Assembly: GCA_050084985.1 (NCBI GenBank)
Contig: JBITNC010000002.1
Span: 4,464,001 to 4,528,000, forward strand
Reading direction: 5' to 3'
DNA: 64,000 nucleotides
From: Nageia nagi
Taxonomy: Eukaryota; Plantae; Pinophyta
Below the pieces are notes generated by a model, which was given only the letters and a program-made list of their open reading frames with translations, was not told where the DNA came from and searched no databases. Position 1 is the stretch's first letter. Each line of letters begins with the position of its first letter. The translations under genes and the position numbers were made by a program. This document shows, piece by piece, positions 52,500 to 64,000 of the stretch.

Positions 52500-54685
52500 A
52501 AGTAAAATAAATACACATTTGCACTTTCTTCATCTTCATATTCATCTTCTTCTTGCATATGAAATAATCGCTTTTAAACAATTTGCTAGTAAAACTCATC
52601 TTTGTAAATTGCTTTTAAACAATTTTTGATACTTTTGCAATTTTATTCTTACATAAAAAATGAAATGATCAAATAATTATGATGTTATAGGCATTTATTC
52701 TAAACCTTCAGCATAAATATCATCTATATTGTAATAACAATGCATCAAAATCAATTTATCATGAACACATATACAAAGGTTACCCATGACATCAAATTTT
52801 AAGAAACTTTTTGGATGTTTCAAATCAATGATAGATTTCCATGCCTCAAATCTATCATCCATAAAGTTATCCCTACTAAGATACAAGTTGTCTACAATAA
52901 GACAAGTATATTTTCTTACCCTTACAAAATCAACAATATAAATGTGTCTTGTTTGAGCTATTTTTATCACATTGTTCATTTCCTTCAACATTGGTAGAAT
53001 TCCACATAAAGTGAGTAACATTTCAATATCTGTTAGCATGTACAATATATCTTTTGATTTGCCAAATTCTATTTGATTTTACCATATATACCCACTTAAT
53101 GAGATATATTCTCTGCATACTCTTAGTGCGGGTAGATACATAGACATCCATCTAGTATCAATATTGTTAATCATTTTTTTACCATCTATTATACCCTCAA
53201 CAAATTGTACAATCCTCTTTGAACTATGTACAAAATAAGAATGAATATCATGAACCAATTCCTCCACCTTAACAACATTTTTAAAATTATTAACTATTTT
53301 GTATGAAAGATTCATTCTATGTGCCATCTAATGAATTGCTATCATGTATGGAGTATAGGTTGTTTAAATTTTAACATAAAGTCCATTTTTATTTCCTTGC
53401 ATTAAAAATACACCATCAAGCCCAACACATATCAACTTCATAGTTATGTCATAATTTTCCATCTTTGCTATGTCCTTTAGACAACTAACAACAAGATTGC
53501 ATAAATTTTCAGCATTGCAACTTTGTGACATTTTTTGGACTGCTAGCAAGTGAGGTTGTCTCATGTGTTCAAATTCTTGGAAGGCATAAACATGTAAATA
53601 AACCCAAGATGTATGATCAACAACAATAACTTCATCTAAGGATAATGAAATAAATTTTGTATCTCTTACCTTTTCTTGCAAATCTTGCATCTCAATAGTC
53701 GTAATACTATTTGCAATATCCCATGCACTACTCTCAAACTAATGATATTATGGTAATTTGAAATTTTGTATACTAAAAAAATACAAAAAATTCTTTGTAA
53801 AATGAAATATCTGAAATAGGCCTACCATTTTTTAAAATTTGAAATACAACTAAAAATTGTACAATCTTAGCAATTAGATTTTCCTAATTCACTTTGTCTA
53901 TATATTGATTTATTGTTCCAACTCTTTCAAAAATCTTCTTTTTTATATTCATCTCATTTTCATACATCTTCTAATTTTTTTGATTAAGGCATTTTATCTT
54001 ATCTTTTTTCAATACAACCCTTTTTTGCTTACCATCTACATCTTAATACTCATATTTTTTCTCATAATGTTTTTGAATTGTATCTTTTTTTAGTTGCATT
54101 TTGTGTTCTTTTTTTTGTGGCCCAAATGCAACATACGCACCTACATTTAGTAAGTTTTTTCAAACTATTTTTAGGAATTAAAAGTTGTATTCAAGGATAT
54201 GTTCCTACCCATTCATCCTAAAATGTTCTACCTGTAACCCATTTGCTTTTTATCTTTCTATTGGATGACTTTTTGTTACTTATGTGTTCTTGAGATCCTT
54301 TCTTATTATCATCACTCTTGTTAGCAGGTTCTTGCTCATTGGGAGTAATATTGGGTTGAAATTCATCCAACAGTTCATCATCATATATATCTTCTTCAAG
54401 GGGAGTCACATTTGATGTATTTTTTGTAACAAAATATTTCTACTTTTAATGGATAGAAAACTATATTAATTAAATAGTACAATTTACAATCAACTTAAAA
54501 TACACATTTAAAATGAATGTACCTTCTACAATAGGAGTTAGCTGCTGCACCTTTTTTGGTTGTTTAAAATATAAAAAATTGCTTTTAGATTTTGTGGAAG
54601 TACCTCCTATAACACCTCTGTTACCACTAAGCTTTACATCACTCTTAAGAGAGGATGGGATTTTATCTAAACCAAGTGTAGACAT
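52500..54685 (-). pseudogene. ZNF862/C17orf113-like hAT transposase (decayed, at least one intron)
   Basis: KFISLSLDEVIVVDHTSWVYLHVY, LICVGLDGVFLMQGNKNGL, IH*MAHRMNL (CxxH position), YFVHSSKR, IDTRWMSMY, LCGILPMLKEMNNVIKIAQ. Putative exon 1 at 54523-54685. No C-terminal hATC dimerisation domain recognised. Confidence 0.8.
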
Positions 54686-54772
54686 TTCTTCCTATATGAA
54701 TGCAAGTTGCAAAAAAATGCTTATGAAATGAAGACAAGTTATGCACAAATACAAGTTTTGACTTGGTTTCAT

Positions 54773-54980
54773 AGGAAAAGCTTCTAAATTGATTGCAAAG
54801 GAAATGCTTTCAACCTAAATGTAGAGAAAATACTCCTAACTTGGTTGTAGAGAAAATGATTTCAACCTAGATGTAGTGAAAATGTTCCTTACCCTACTGT
54901 AGAGGAAATGCTTCTAACCTGATTACAAAGGAAATGCTTCTAACTTAGCTACAAAGGAAATGCTTCAAACCTAGTTGCAA
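54773..54980. repeat. Tandem array of 8 x 26 bp just upstream of the transposase ATG
   Basis: Units such as aggaaatgcttctaacctgattacaa, agaaaatactcctaacttggttgtag and aggaaatgcttcaaacctagttgcaa, in exact 26-bp register. Confidence 0.9.
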
Positions 54981-57969
54981 CTTCTTATATGTAGGTTCCA
55001 ACCCAAATTCAAGTTTATGTTAAATATAACTTTCGATCCAATTGTAGAAATATGGTTCTGATGTCACAATATGATGGCATGGGATCATCTGGATAAGGGA
55101 TTTTGATATTTATATATATGCTAACCTATAAGTGACTATTTAGGTGATATTATTTATTGTTTTTATAATTTCAATTCGAATGAGCTAAATTAAGTTTAGG
55201 AAAAAGGGCTAATATATTTGAAATCATGTTGAAAGATTGGCTACATGGTTTAAGAATATAAATTTTTTTTATAAAATTTTGGATCTAAGGCAAGACCCAC
55301 CATGAGCTATACTAGCCAAATCAAAAAGTGAAAATCTAGAATTATAATCTTGATTTGCCAATTTTCTCCTTTAAATTTTCCATATCGATGTCTCCTCAAG
55401 GTGGAATTATTCCTTTGGCATATAAGTTTAGTTTTGAATGCACAAATAATATAGTTGAGTATGAGGATTTAATTTAGGGTTTTAAGATTTATATTAACTT
55501 AAATATTAAAAATCTTCAAGTTTATGGTAATTCTATGTTAATTATAACTCAGATAAATGAATTTTACAATGCAAAAGATGAAAAGTTTTGACCTTATAAT
55601 GAGTGAGTCATGAAAATAGTATCAAGATGTTTTATAAAAGTGGTGTTTGATAATATTCCAAGTAATAATGGTATATTTTTTGATGTTATGGATAATGAAG
55701 CTTATTTAACTCCAATTATAATTCAAGATGTAGGAACATTGATAATGATTAATAACCTTAAGAGTACCTCTATGGTAGATGAGAAATTCTTTTTTGAATT
55801 CTTTGAAAAAGAGCAAGTTATGTGTGCTTTTCTTTATTTTTGATGATCTAAAACTTCCTCATAAATGGCACAATCCATGAAGAGTAAAAATAAGGATATA
55901 AGAAGAAAATTTTTGAAAGGATAGTAGCAAGGTATGTAATTATTGGTGATGTTAATTATAAAAGATCTTTTGAAGGTGTTATGCTTAGATTTTTAAGAGA
56001 AGAATAAACTAAGAAAGTAATGGAACAAGTTCATGATGATCAAAGTGGAGTTCATTTCAATAGTAAGGCTATTTTTCCTAAGCTTTTGAAATTAGGATAA
56101 TATTGACCATCATGTAAAGGAAGTGTGCTCTTCATGTTAAGAAATATGAGAAATATCAAAAGCATGCTAATATTAGATTAGCTCCATCTCAAGAGTTGAC
56201 TATAATGATTTCACCTTGGCCATTTTATATTTAGGACTTAGATTTAGTTGGAGTAATTAATCCTAAGTCTAAAAAGGTTCATAAGTTTATTTTGGTTGTA
56301 ATTGAAAATTTCACAAAATGGGCAAAGGTTGGTCCATTAAGATCCTCAAATTGTGAAGTTTTTGATTGATAATATCATTGCTAGGTTTAGAGTTCCATTT
56401 CATATTATTATGGATAATGGAAAGACTCTTATAAGTAAGCATGTAAGGTAATTTTGTAAAGGATTCAAGATTAAGAAAAAGTTTTCTTCAACATATTATC
56501 CACAAGGTAATGGTTAGGTAGAAGCTATAAATAAGACTATCATTAACATCATTTGCAAAATAGTAAAGAAGCATCAAAGAGATTTACATGAGAAATTGGT
56601 GTATACATTATGGGTATATAGAACTAGTATTAGATTAGCAACTAGTTGTAATCCACTTTCATTGGTATATGGATATGAGGTTTTCCTTCTATTAGAATTA
56701 CAAATTCCATATTTAAGGTTGTCTTTGGTGGGAATAGTAGATATGGAAGAGAAAAGAAAAGCAAGATTGATACAATTAAAGGGATTGGATGAGAACAAAT
56801 TGATGCATGGGAGCATCTCAAAATGTATTAGAAAAGGACCAGGACAACATATGCTAAGAAGATCAAGCAAAGGGAGATTCAAATTGGTTATTAAATCCTT
56901 AAAAATAATCATCATAAGGAAAAGGCTGAAAAGGGGGATAAAGATAAATTTGAGTAATTGGATTGGTCCTTACATCATTGGTGCTAGGTATTCAAATGTA
57001 TCATATAAATTAAGAAATGTAGATGGGAAAGAAGATAAGTTTTCAACTGCTTTTATTCATTTGAAGCCCTTTTATGCATGAAATAGGTCATTCATGCGTA
57101 GTTTATTTTTCAAGTGTATTTAGTATATTCTTTAAACGTATAAGATGTATTATTTAGTTTAGATTATTTTATGTTATGTCAATGTTAGCACTACTTTGTA
57201 TGAATTTTTTTAAGGATAACTTAGAATTCACGTTGGTATATTTGTATGATTTATATTATTTGGAAGAATTGTTAATTATTTGATTAAGAGATGTCCTTTT
57301 TTATTATAAAAAATTAAATAATAATTGATTGAAAAATACTAGATAGTTACATTCCTAGTTGAGAGTAGTAATTCATTCACTTAATGCTATAGAAAAATTA
57401 GAAGTCTTAGGCATAAAAGAAATAATTTGTTAGTATGATTCAATTATCCCAAGTATGTTCATAAAATTTTAAGTTTATTGAGTTAAGAGTAACTTTGTGT
57501 TGATGCTTCTTCTAGAGTTAATGCTAGACATAGCATTTACGCTAGGGGTCCTAGGCTTCCAAAGGTAAGTATAGGTATTATTTTTTGATATCTCCCAATT
57601 TTCTTTAAATGCATTAATAAAAATATTTTTTTATTTTATAATTATAATAGTTTTAGTACTATTTTATTTATAATACTCAACATTGGTGCTTCTATAATTG
57701 TTAGCATTGGGGCATTTGATATTTTTGGGTTTGGATTTCAAGACCTAGGGTATGCCCTCAAGCATTTGGAAAAAGAAAAATTTCTAAATCTCAATCCTTT
57801 ATGGTTATGAAGTTATATTTAATTATGATTATATGTTTATGAATATTATTATGATTGTATTTAATATACCCTTGATTTGTAAGAGAAATAAATCAATCAT
57901 CTATTGGGATATTTACATCAATATCTTATGCTCTTTATAATCTCATGTTATTTATGATCTCATTATTTC

Positions 57970-58625
57970 TCCTAGCATTGATGCTATACATAGAGTCCAC
58001 ATTGGGGCATGATTTGTACATCCTTGTTAGGTAGATAATATAAATAACCATCACTATTAATATTTCCTTATTGGATAGATGATATAAATAATCATTATTA
58101 ATAGGTCCTTATTAGGTGTATGAAGTAAAAAATCATCACTCTTTCTACTTCTACTAGCATTGATGCTAAGCATAGCACCCATGTTGGAGTATTGTTAATA
58201 GGTATTTTTTGAATGGATGATATAAATAACCATCACATTTATGATACATCCATGAATGGGGCATTATTTGCTTCTGTGATGATGTGCATCCATGAATGGG
58301 GCATCCTTTTACTTACATGATGATGTGACTATCATATGTTATGATCACTGTTTTTGGTTGGGTATAAACTAACCATCACTAAATTCTCTCTTTGATTATA
58401 TGTTTGCATATATGAATAGGGAATTAGGTCCTACAATGATGATATTCTTTTTGCTTCCATGATGATGTATGCATATTATATTAATTGCATCCTTGATCTT
58501 GATAGATATATCTTTTGAGATGGAATGTTATTGCATAAGTCCATGAATGGGATGCTTAGTTATTTTATGAATATGTTTATTTATGAATAGGGAATTGAGT
58601 ATTACCATGAGGATATTATACACAT
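57970..58625. repeat. Degenerate repeats in the 3' non-coding region of the Tat element
   Basis: Repeated ctagcattgatgcta, ataaataaccatcac, catccatgaatggggcat and tatgaatagggaatt. Confidence 0.7.
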
Positions 58626-58799
58626 ATATTATGTTGATTATTTCTCTGACTATTACTACTATATTTTTAGGAGATAATCACATGTATATTTCAAAAGATA
58701 TTATTTTCTATCTCTCCATTTATAGGTTATTCTTCATATTTGATCATTCTCATTGGTTATTGATCAATTGAATAGTTCATTAGGTTTCTTTTCTACAAC

Positions 58800-61700
58800 T
58801 AAGAATTAATGAATAAATGGAAAAGAAGAATAGAAAGCAAAGACAAATATTCATATATAAGAATAAAGGGTCAAGCCTTTTATTAACAGTAATGAGATCA
58901 GTTACAATGATTTATTGATTACATAGATGGCTCTCACACACTCTCTCACATGCCCTTACTCTCTATCCTCACTTCTTCTCTCATCAATCCCATTTTATGG
59001 TTTAAGGAGTCACATACTTTTGGTCAGAGTAGCTAACACTTAATGTTTTATCAATAATTACTAGTTAGAGTCGATCAATTTATATAATGAAATCATCTCC
59101 TACTAATAGCCTCCCTAAATTAATAATCTAATTGATACTTGATTTGGGGTATAATATCTTATACCATCAATAAGGAATCATTGATGTAATAAATTGTAAA
59201 GCATTTGATCTTGGGTTTCCCTCCCTATCTTTACGAGTAAACTATTAGTTCTTATTTTACAATAAGTTCACCTTCGTCCAGTAGTCAATGGTACTGAATC
59301 ATTATCGATCATAAAGTAGTAGTTGTAATTGTAGATGACCTTGGTTTTTGGTAATCAATCACTTATACATTCAAAATCATGTGGTGGCACTAGAAAATTG
59401 ATTGATATGACCCCAAAATAATATCAAAACCAATAATGGATTACGCAATCTAGTATGAATCAAGGAGTAGGACTAGGATAAAATTGTAACACTTTTACCA
59501 TCAGTTGTGGTTTTGATTCTTCTTCCAAAAACAACTATCATGTATTTTATTTTATAAATAACTTTTTCCCATATATATGCAACTCTTAGGCATATGAATT
59601 TATCTTTTTGAACAACTCAATTATAATGGTGATCAAAATGTCGATGGGAAGTTGAACCACCTTATGTAGGTCCAAGTTGGCCATGATGTAGATAAGATTA
59701 CTCTTCTTTTTTGGTGGATTATTTTATGCTTTTATAATTCTAGTAAGTTTATTTAAAAAAAAAATTGATTATAAAAGATCTCATATCTCTTACTAAATTT
59801 AAGTTCGCCAAAAATGGAATAATTTTGGATTATTGTTACTAGAGTGGTAAGGCCTTGTAAAGCATTTAGTGTAATGAAACACCACTCTCACATGAGGTAC
59901 CCTTACCAAAACCCATCCCAACACTCCATACATAGGAGGGTGTCAAACCTAAAAATCTTCATGATGCTATTAGAAAGGTATTTTAGTAGCATAGCTCAAC
60001 CATACTCGATGGGTTTCATAAGGCCAATAGGAAAATACAAATTGCAATTTAGTAAATTCCCATTCATCCTCCAAAAAATTTTGATGAGCATCCATAATTA
60101 TTGTTAAATCCTCTTCTTCAATACTAATCTTCCATCTATCTACTTTCTATTGGTAGGTCATTTATAGTATAAGGATTCTAATGGGGTAGGGTACTATTAG
60201 GAATTGGTGTTAATCTAACTCAAAATAAGAAAATAGTTCAAAAGGACTATATTTAGCATCATAGGCTTCACAATAAAACTGGTACTCCATTGATATCTCT
60301 TTTGAGGAGTGGTGTCTTCCCTAGTTAAAAATATTTGCCTAAAGAAGTCACCAAGCACTTCTATTGTCCATTATCAATTCTTTTTATAGCATCTTTATTT
60401 ATGTTTCTTATAATTATCAATTTTTTGGTCATGTTTTCAATCATTTTAACTAGTTCTTAACTTCTTTCTTTTTAATAATTTTATTAACACCTTAATGATT
60501 TTTGCATGATAAAAAGGGAGAGGGTATTCATTATATTTCTTCAAAATTTATCTTTTATTTTTCATGGAATTATCAATACTTTAAAAAATGTTTCATATTA
60601 CAGCTTTCAACCATGTTACAACATAATTATCTCCTACAATATCACTGATAGAAGAGTTTGGGGGAGGTTGTCAAAGTTGTTGTATAGGGCTAAGAATTAT
60701 AGGCAACAGTTTGATGGGGATGAACTCAGGTTGAACCAAGTATCATTCTCTTTAAAGGATCCACACTTTTTTATTGTGGTTGATTTTTTGATGAAGTGCA
60801 TCCAGCTAAGATCTAATTTGTATTACTTGGATGGTTTCAATCAGCTCCTTAAAGAGCAAATCCTCAATTTGTGTTATCTATTTAGCATGGACCTAACTTA
60901 TTTGTTGTAGATCTCCAAGTATTTTTCCCACTATTACTTCTTGTTCTTATTTCTTTTCCTCTAAGGTAAACACATCCTATTAATTATGTTTATCTTTTGA
61001 AGTTTGTTAGCTAGTATGGGAAAATGTTGTTGTATTTCCTTCACCCGTGTAAGAAACTTGATCATTTGTTCTCATGAATATTTGTGCTAGGAAAAAGAAA
61101 AAAAGGGAATATATGTAATGCTTGACTCATTTATGAATAGTGATGGTATTTTGTTAGATGGCATGGAAATTTGGTTCTTGGTATTGCAATGCTACAAATT
61201 CTCATGGGTTCCTTCATAAGTCTTCCTCAATGACATCTAAAAATATTTTCCCTAATATTGATGAGTCTATTAATCCTAGGATCCATAAGTTCGATAACTC
61301 ATATTTCCATCTATGTTGCAATTTTAAATACCAATTATTGGGAAATATTTTGTATTATGAATGCCTAAAATTTGATAATGTTGGCAATATTCCTAGTAAA
61401 ATTTTCAGAGTGTTGGGCACTCATTTTCTAGATGTCCTTCTTTGGTGCATAGTAGACATCAAATTTCTCTCCACTATGATGGTATTGTAGAGTTTCCTTG
61501 GGTCAATAATTTGCCTATTTATTCTATTAGTTTCATTAAATGACTAAATATACCATCATTAACATTATTTACTCTCCATGGTTGGGATTCTATCTCAATT
61601 GCTACCTATAGGGCATCGATGTAAGTTCAATATATTTTCTCCATGGCTCTTCTGAACTTTGATTGTAACCCAAAGATTAACCATTATACTTTCTATTTTT

Positions 61701-64000
61701 TTTTCATCAATTCTTGAAGTCTCTTTTGAGTTACTTTAAATCTTTTATTGTATTTTTATATTATTTCTCTAGGTTTCATGATTAAATCTTGCATTTTACT
61801 TCCAGCCTTCAAGAAATGGTATTTATCTTCAAAGGTTGCTTTATTTTGTTCCATATTTTTGTTATTTTCCATTCAAAATTATCTATAAATTTCATATACC
61901 ATTTTAATACTTTTTCACATAGTGTGGCTACAAATTCGCGAATAAATGTTCCATTATCTGTAACACATCATCTTATCCAATCATTCTCTAGTTTGAATAA
62001 ATGCTCCTTTTCTTTGTGGGTATCTTTTTTGAATATGGGTAATTTAGTAGAGAAATTCATTTATTGTTGGTTATGTTATTGAGGCTAAAGGTTTTGTTAT
62101 TTGGGACTATTAAGTGGAGGCTTCGATAGTATCAATTGATGGTTTCTATTGGATTTCCTAGGTTGGTCTCTTTGTATTTGTATATCAAAATAGTTTTCAC
62201 CTATAACTTCGAATATATCCTTAAATAAAGGTTCTATTATTTCCTATATAATGGGATTCAAGGAATATTATTATGTTCAAGGCCACTTAAAGGGAGCAAA
62301 AAAAATTCTTAAAATATCTAAGTTATCTAATGGCATGAGGGGTAGGGAGAAGCTATGGGGTAATAAGTATTTAGTTTGTCCTCTCTTTCAATTTGCTATG
62401 TTAGTAAGGATCATATTGTTGTCTATTCTGGGGGTAAAGGGTACTATCACTTATTCCATATTTTTTAGGGTTACCTCATCTACTTGTTATTAGATGATTT
62501 CTATTATTTCTTCTATTATAGGGTAAGGTAAAGTTGGACAATATATCTCTATCTTGTCTTCCTATAGTATTCTTTAATATTGAGTGGTAAGGGACATAAG
62601 TGAGAATAGTGTTTATAAATCAATGGTGAGTTCTCCTATTACTCTCCTAATCCATCAACAAATAGCATCAATTAATTGGGACAAGGTTTCTCTTCTTTGA
62701 TCTTCATGGTACTAAGGTATAGGTTCGACAACATCAAGTTTTTGATTTTCAATCTCTATTTCTACAAGTTCCTCTATTCTATCTTTTGTTACTAGGTCTT
62801 CAATATCCCTATTTGTGATCTCATATGGTTGGTCAATGAGAGGTTGAAATATATTTTCTAGTATACTATCAAATTAATTTGAATGTAATGCTCCTTTTGG
62901 AGTCTTGGGTGAACTTACAAACAACCCAAATGAGTTGTCTTCATACTCATTTATATTTTTTTCTACAACTATGAATCCTTCTACAATATTGTCTCCCTCA
63001 TTGCGCACCACTATAATCAGTGGTGGTATTTCATCAATCGGTGTCCTGGTTCTCCACCAATTTAGATTCTATCCTACCCTTGATCATTCCTCCTTCGGTA
63101 TTCCACCCACTTTCCACATGGTCATGTATCGATTGGTGAACTTCCATTGTATCCTCATCTAAGTTTATTCCTAATAATAAACTTAGTTTTATATTCATAT
63201 CTATCTCCATCAATATCTTCTTCCATTCTCTATCCTTTTTTCATTTCTCTTGTAATTTATTGTCATAAAATCTTTTTAGTATGGATGAACTTACATTTGA
63301 ACTAGTTTCCTCTTCTTTCTTCATTGTCGTGTGATGCTCTCATTTTTTTTGAATATTACCAATTTCTCCTATTCCCTTCATATAATTTTCCCTTTCCAAC
63401 CATCACATATTTTCCCTAATGTACCCTTTACTTGCCCCATACTTATTCAATTAATCATCTTTCTTGCCATATTCCTCCCTACCCTCGGGTGTCTCCCCCT
63501 AGAAGTAGGAGAGAGCATTTGAGGTATCCCATTGCACAATCAAATATCATTTGCAAAATATTTTCTAAAAATATTTTCATAGGTCCCCTAAAAATTATTT
63601 TAAAAATATTTTTGTAGATCCCCTAAAAATTCCTTCTCTACCTACTTTCCATGACACCTAGTCTTATAATGTGAATTTGGTAGTGTAGGTGTATAAGTTA
63701 TTATGTACTCACTCATCAAATTTTTGCATCCAATACTATGTTCTTTGTTTTAGTTGTAGTAAGTTTTCCTTATACTACTTAATTTTTAGAATAAGAAAGT
63801 GTGTCTTAAATTCTCTCTATTTGGTTATTTATTTCAAAAATATATCTAAAAACTAGTAGAAAAAAGTCTTATACCTTTTATATTTGTAAAACAAATCAAT
63901 CAATTGGGCTTTATCATATCCTAGCCATTGAATAATCCACTTCCTAAAGTTTTCAATACCTTGAGAACCACTTTTGTAATGATTTTCATAAGAAAAGAAA
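58800..64000 (-). mobile_element. Decayed Ty3/Gypsy-type element (LTR-like end ~58800-59155; gag with zinc knuckles ~61100-62000)
   Basis: Minus-strand IREFVATLCEKVLKWY (retrotransposon gag, ~61900-61945) and CLLCTKEGHLENECP (~61415-61460). LTR-end-like ggggtataata at ~59146-59156. No RT recognised. Confidence 0.55.

Larger units (their letters stand above)
47302..55382 (-). mobile_element. ~8.1-kb hAT-like DNA transposon carrying two convergent genes
   Basis: Flanked by tatcgatg at 47294-47301 and 55383-55390 (extends to 9 bp). Excision restores the host RNase H frame. Imperfect terminal inverted core ggaaaattt / aaattttcc. Confidence 0.85.
46060..58800 (+). mobile_element. Tat-superclade Ty3/Gypsy remnant (RT-RNase H-additional RNase H-integrase plus long 3' region), interrupted by a DNA transposon at 47302-55382
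   Basis: DFRDLNKACAKDKFPL, LKNMGATYQR, VHVDDIL, RYTLIEKLCYAI. The additional RNase H WMIYFDGSK..GVSIVSM continues after the insertion as SPQGGIIPLAYKFSFECTNNIVEYE. Integrase SPWPF..GLDLVG, YYPQGNG, LWVYRTS (to 57081). Confidence 0.9.

Noticed and set aside
54773-54980. 26-bp periodic array considered as CRISPR-like
   Set aside because: Units are head-to-tail with no unique spacers, no cas genes are present, and the context is a plant transposon.
59844-62493. Plus-strand ORFs of 80-134 aa
   Set aside because: Low-complexity antisense frames of a decayed gag region.

Overview
AT-rich, CpG-depleted plant nuclear DNA. The retroelement motifs look gymnosperm-like, which is an inference. Two host genes sit among old, nested transposons: a two-exon stellacyanin/mavicyanin-type phytocyanin (591-1876, +) and a six-exon bark-storage-protein/MTA-SAH-nucleosidase-like gene (27188-31438, -) whose 3' exons carry indel noise. 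The phytocyanin 3' end, some orphan exons, a SINE and part of a chromovirus-type Ty3/Gypsy are duplicated about 8.5 kb downstream; the two Gypsy copies keep nearly complementary halves of pol. Other elements include a full-length decayed Ty1/Copia with strongly asymmetric CpG decay between its LTRs, L1 and RTE-like LINEs, a solo LTR, a gag/protease-only Gypsy inside an L1, and a Tat-type Gypsy. The most notable structure is an ~8.1-kb DNA transposon (47302-55382) bounded by an 8-9 bp target-site duplication (TSD) inside the Tat element. It carries a ZNF862-like hAT transposase on the minus strand, a convergent spliced gene with a plant-mobile-domain (PMD)-like N-terminus, and three internal arrays sharing a TGCA/CCRGTTGCA-like motif. 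This layout recalls VANDAL/VANC anti-silencing elements, but in a hAT-like element. All translations, alignments and counts were done by eye, and boundaries of decayed elements are approximate.
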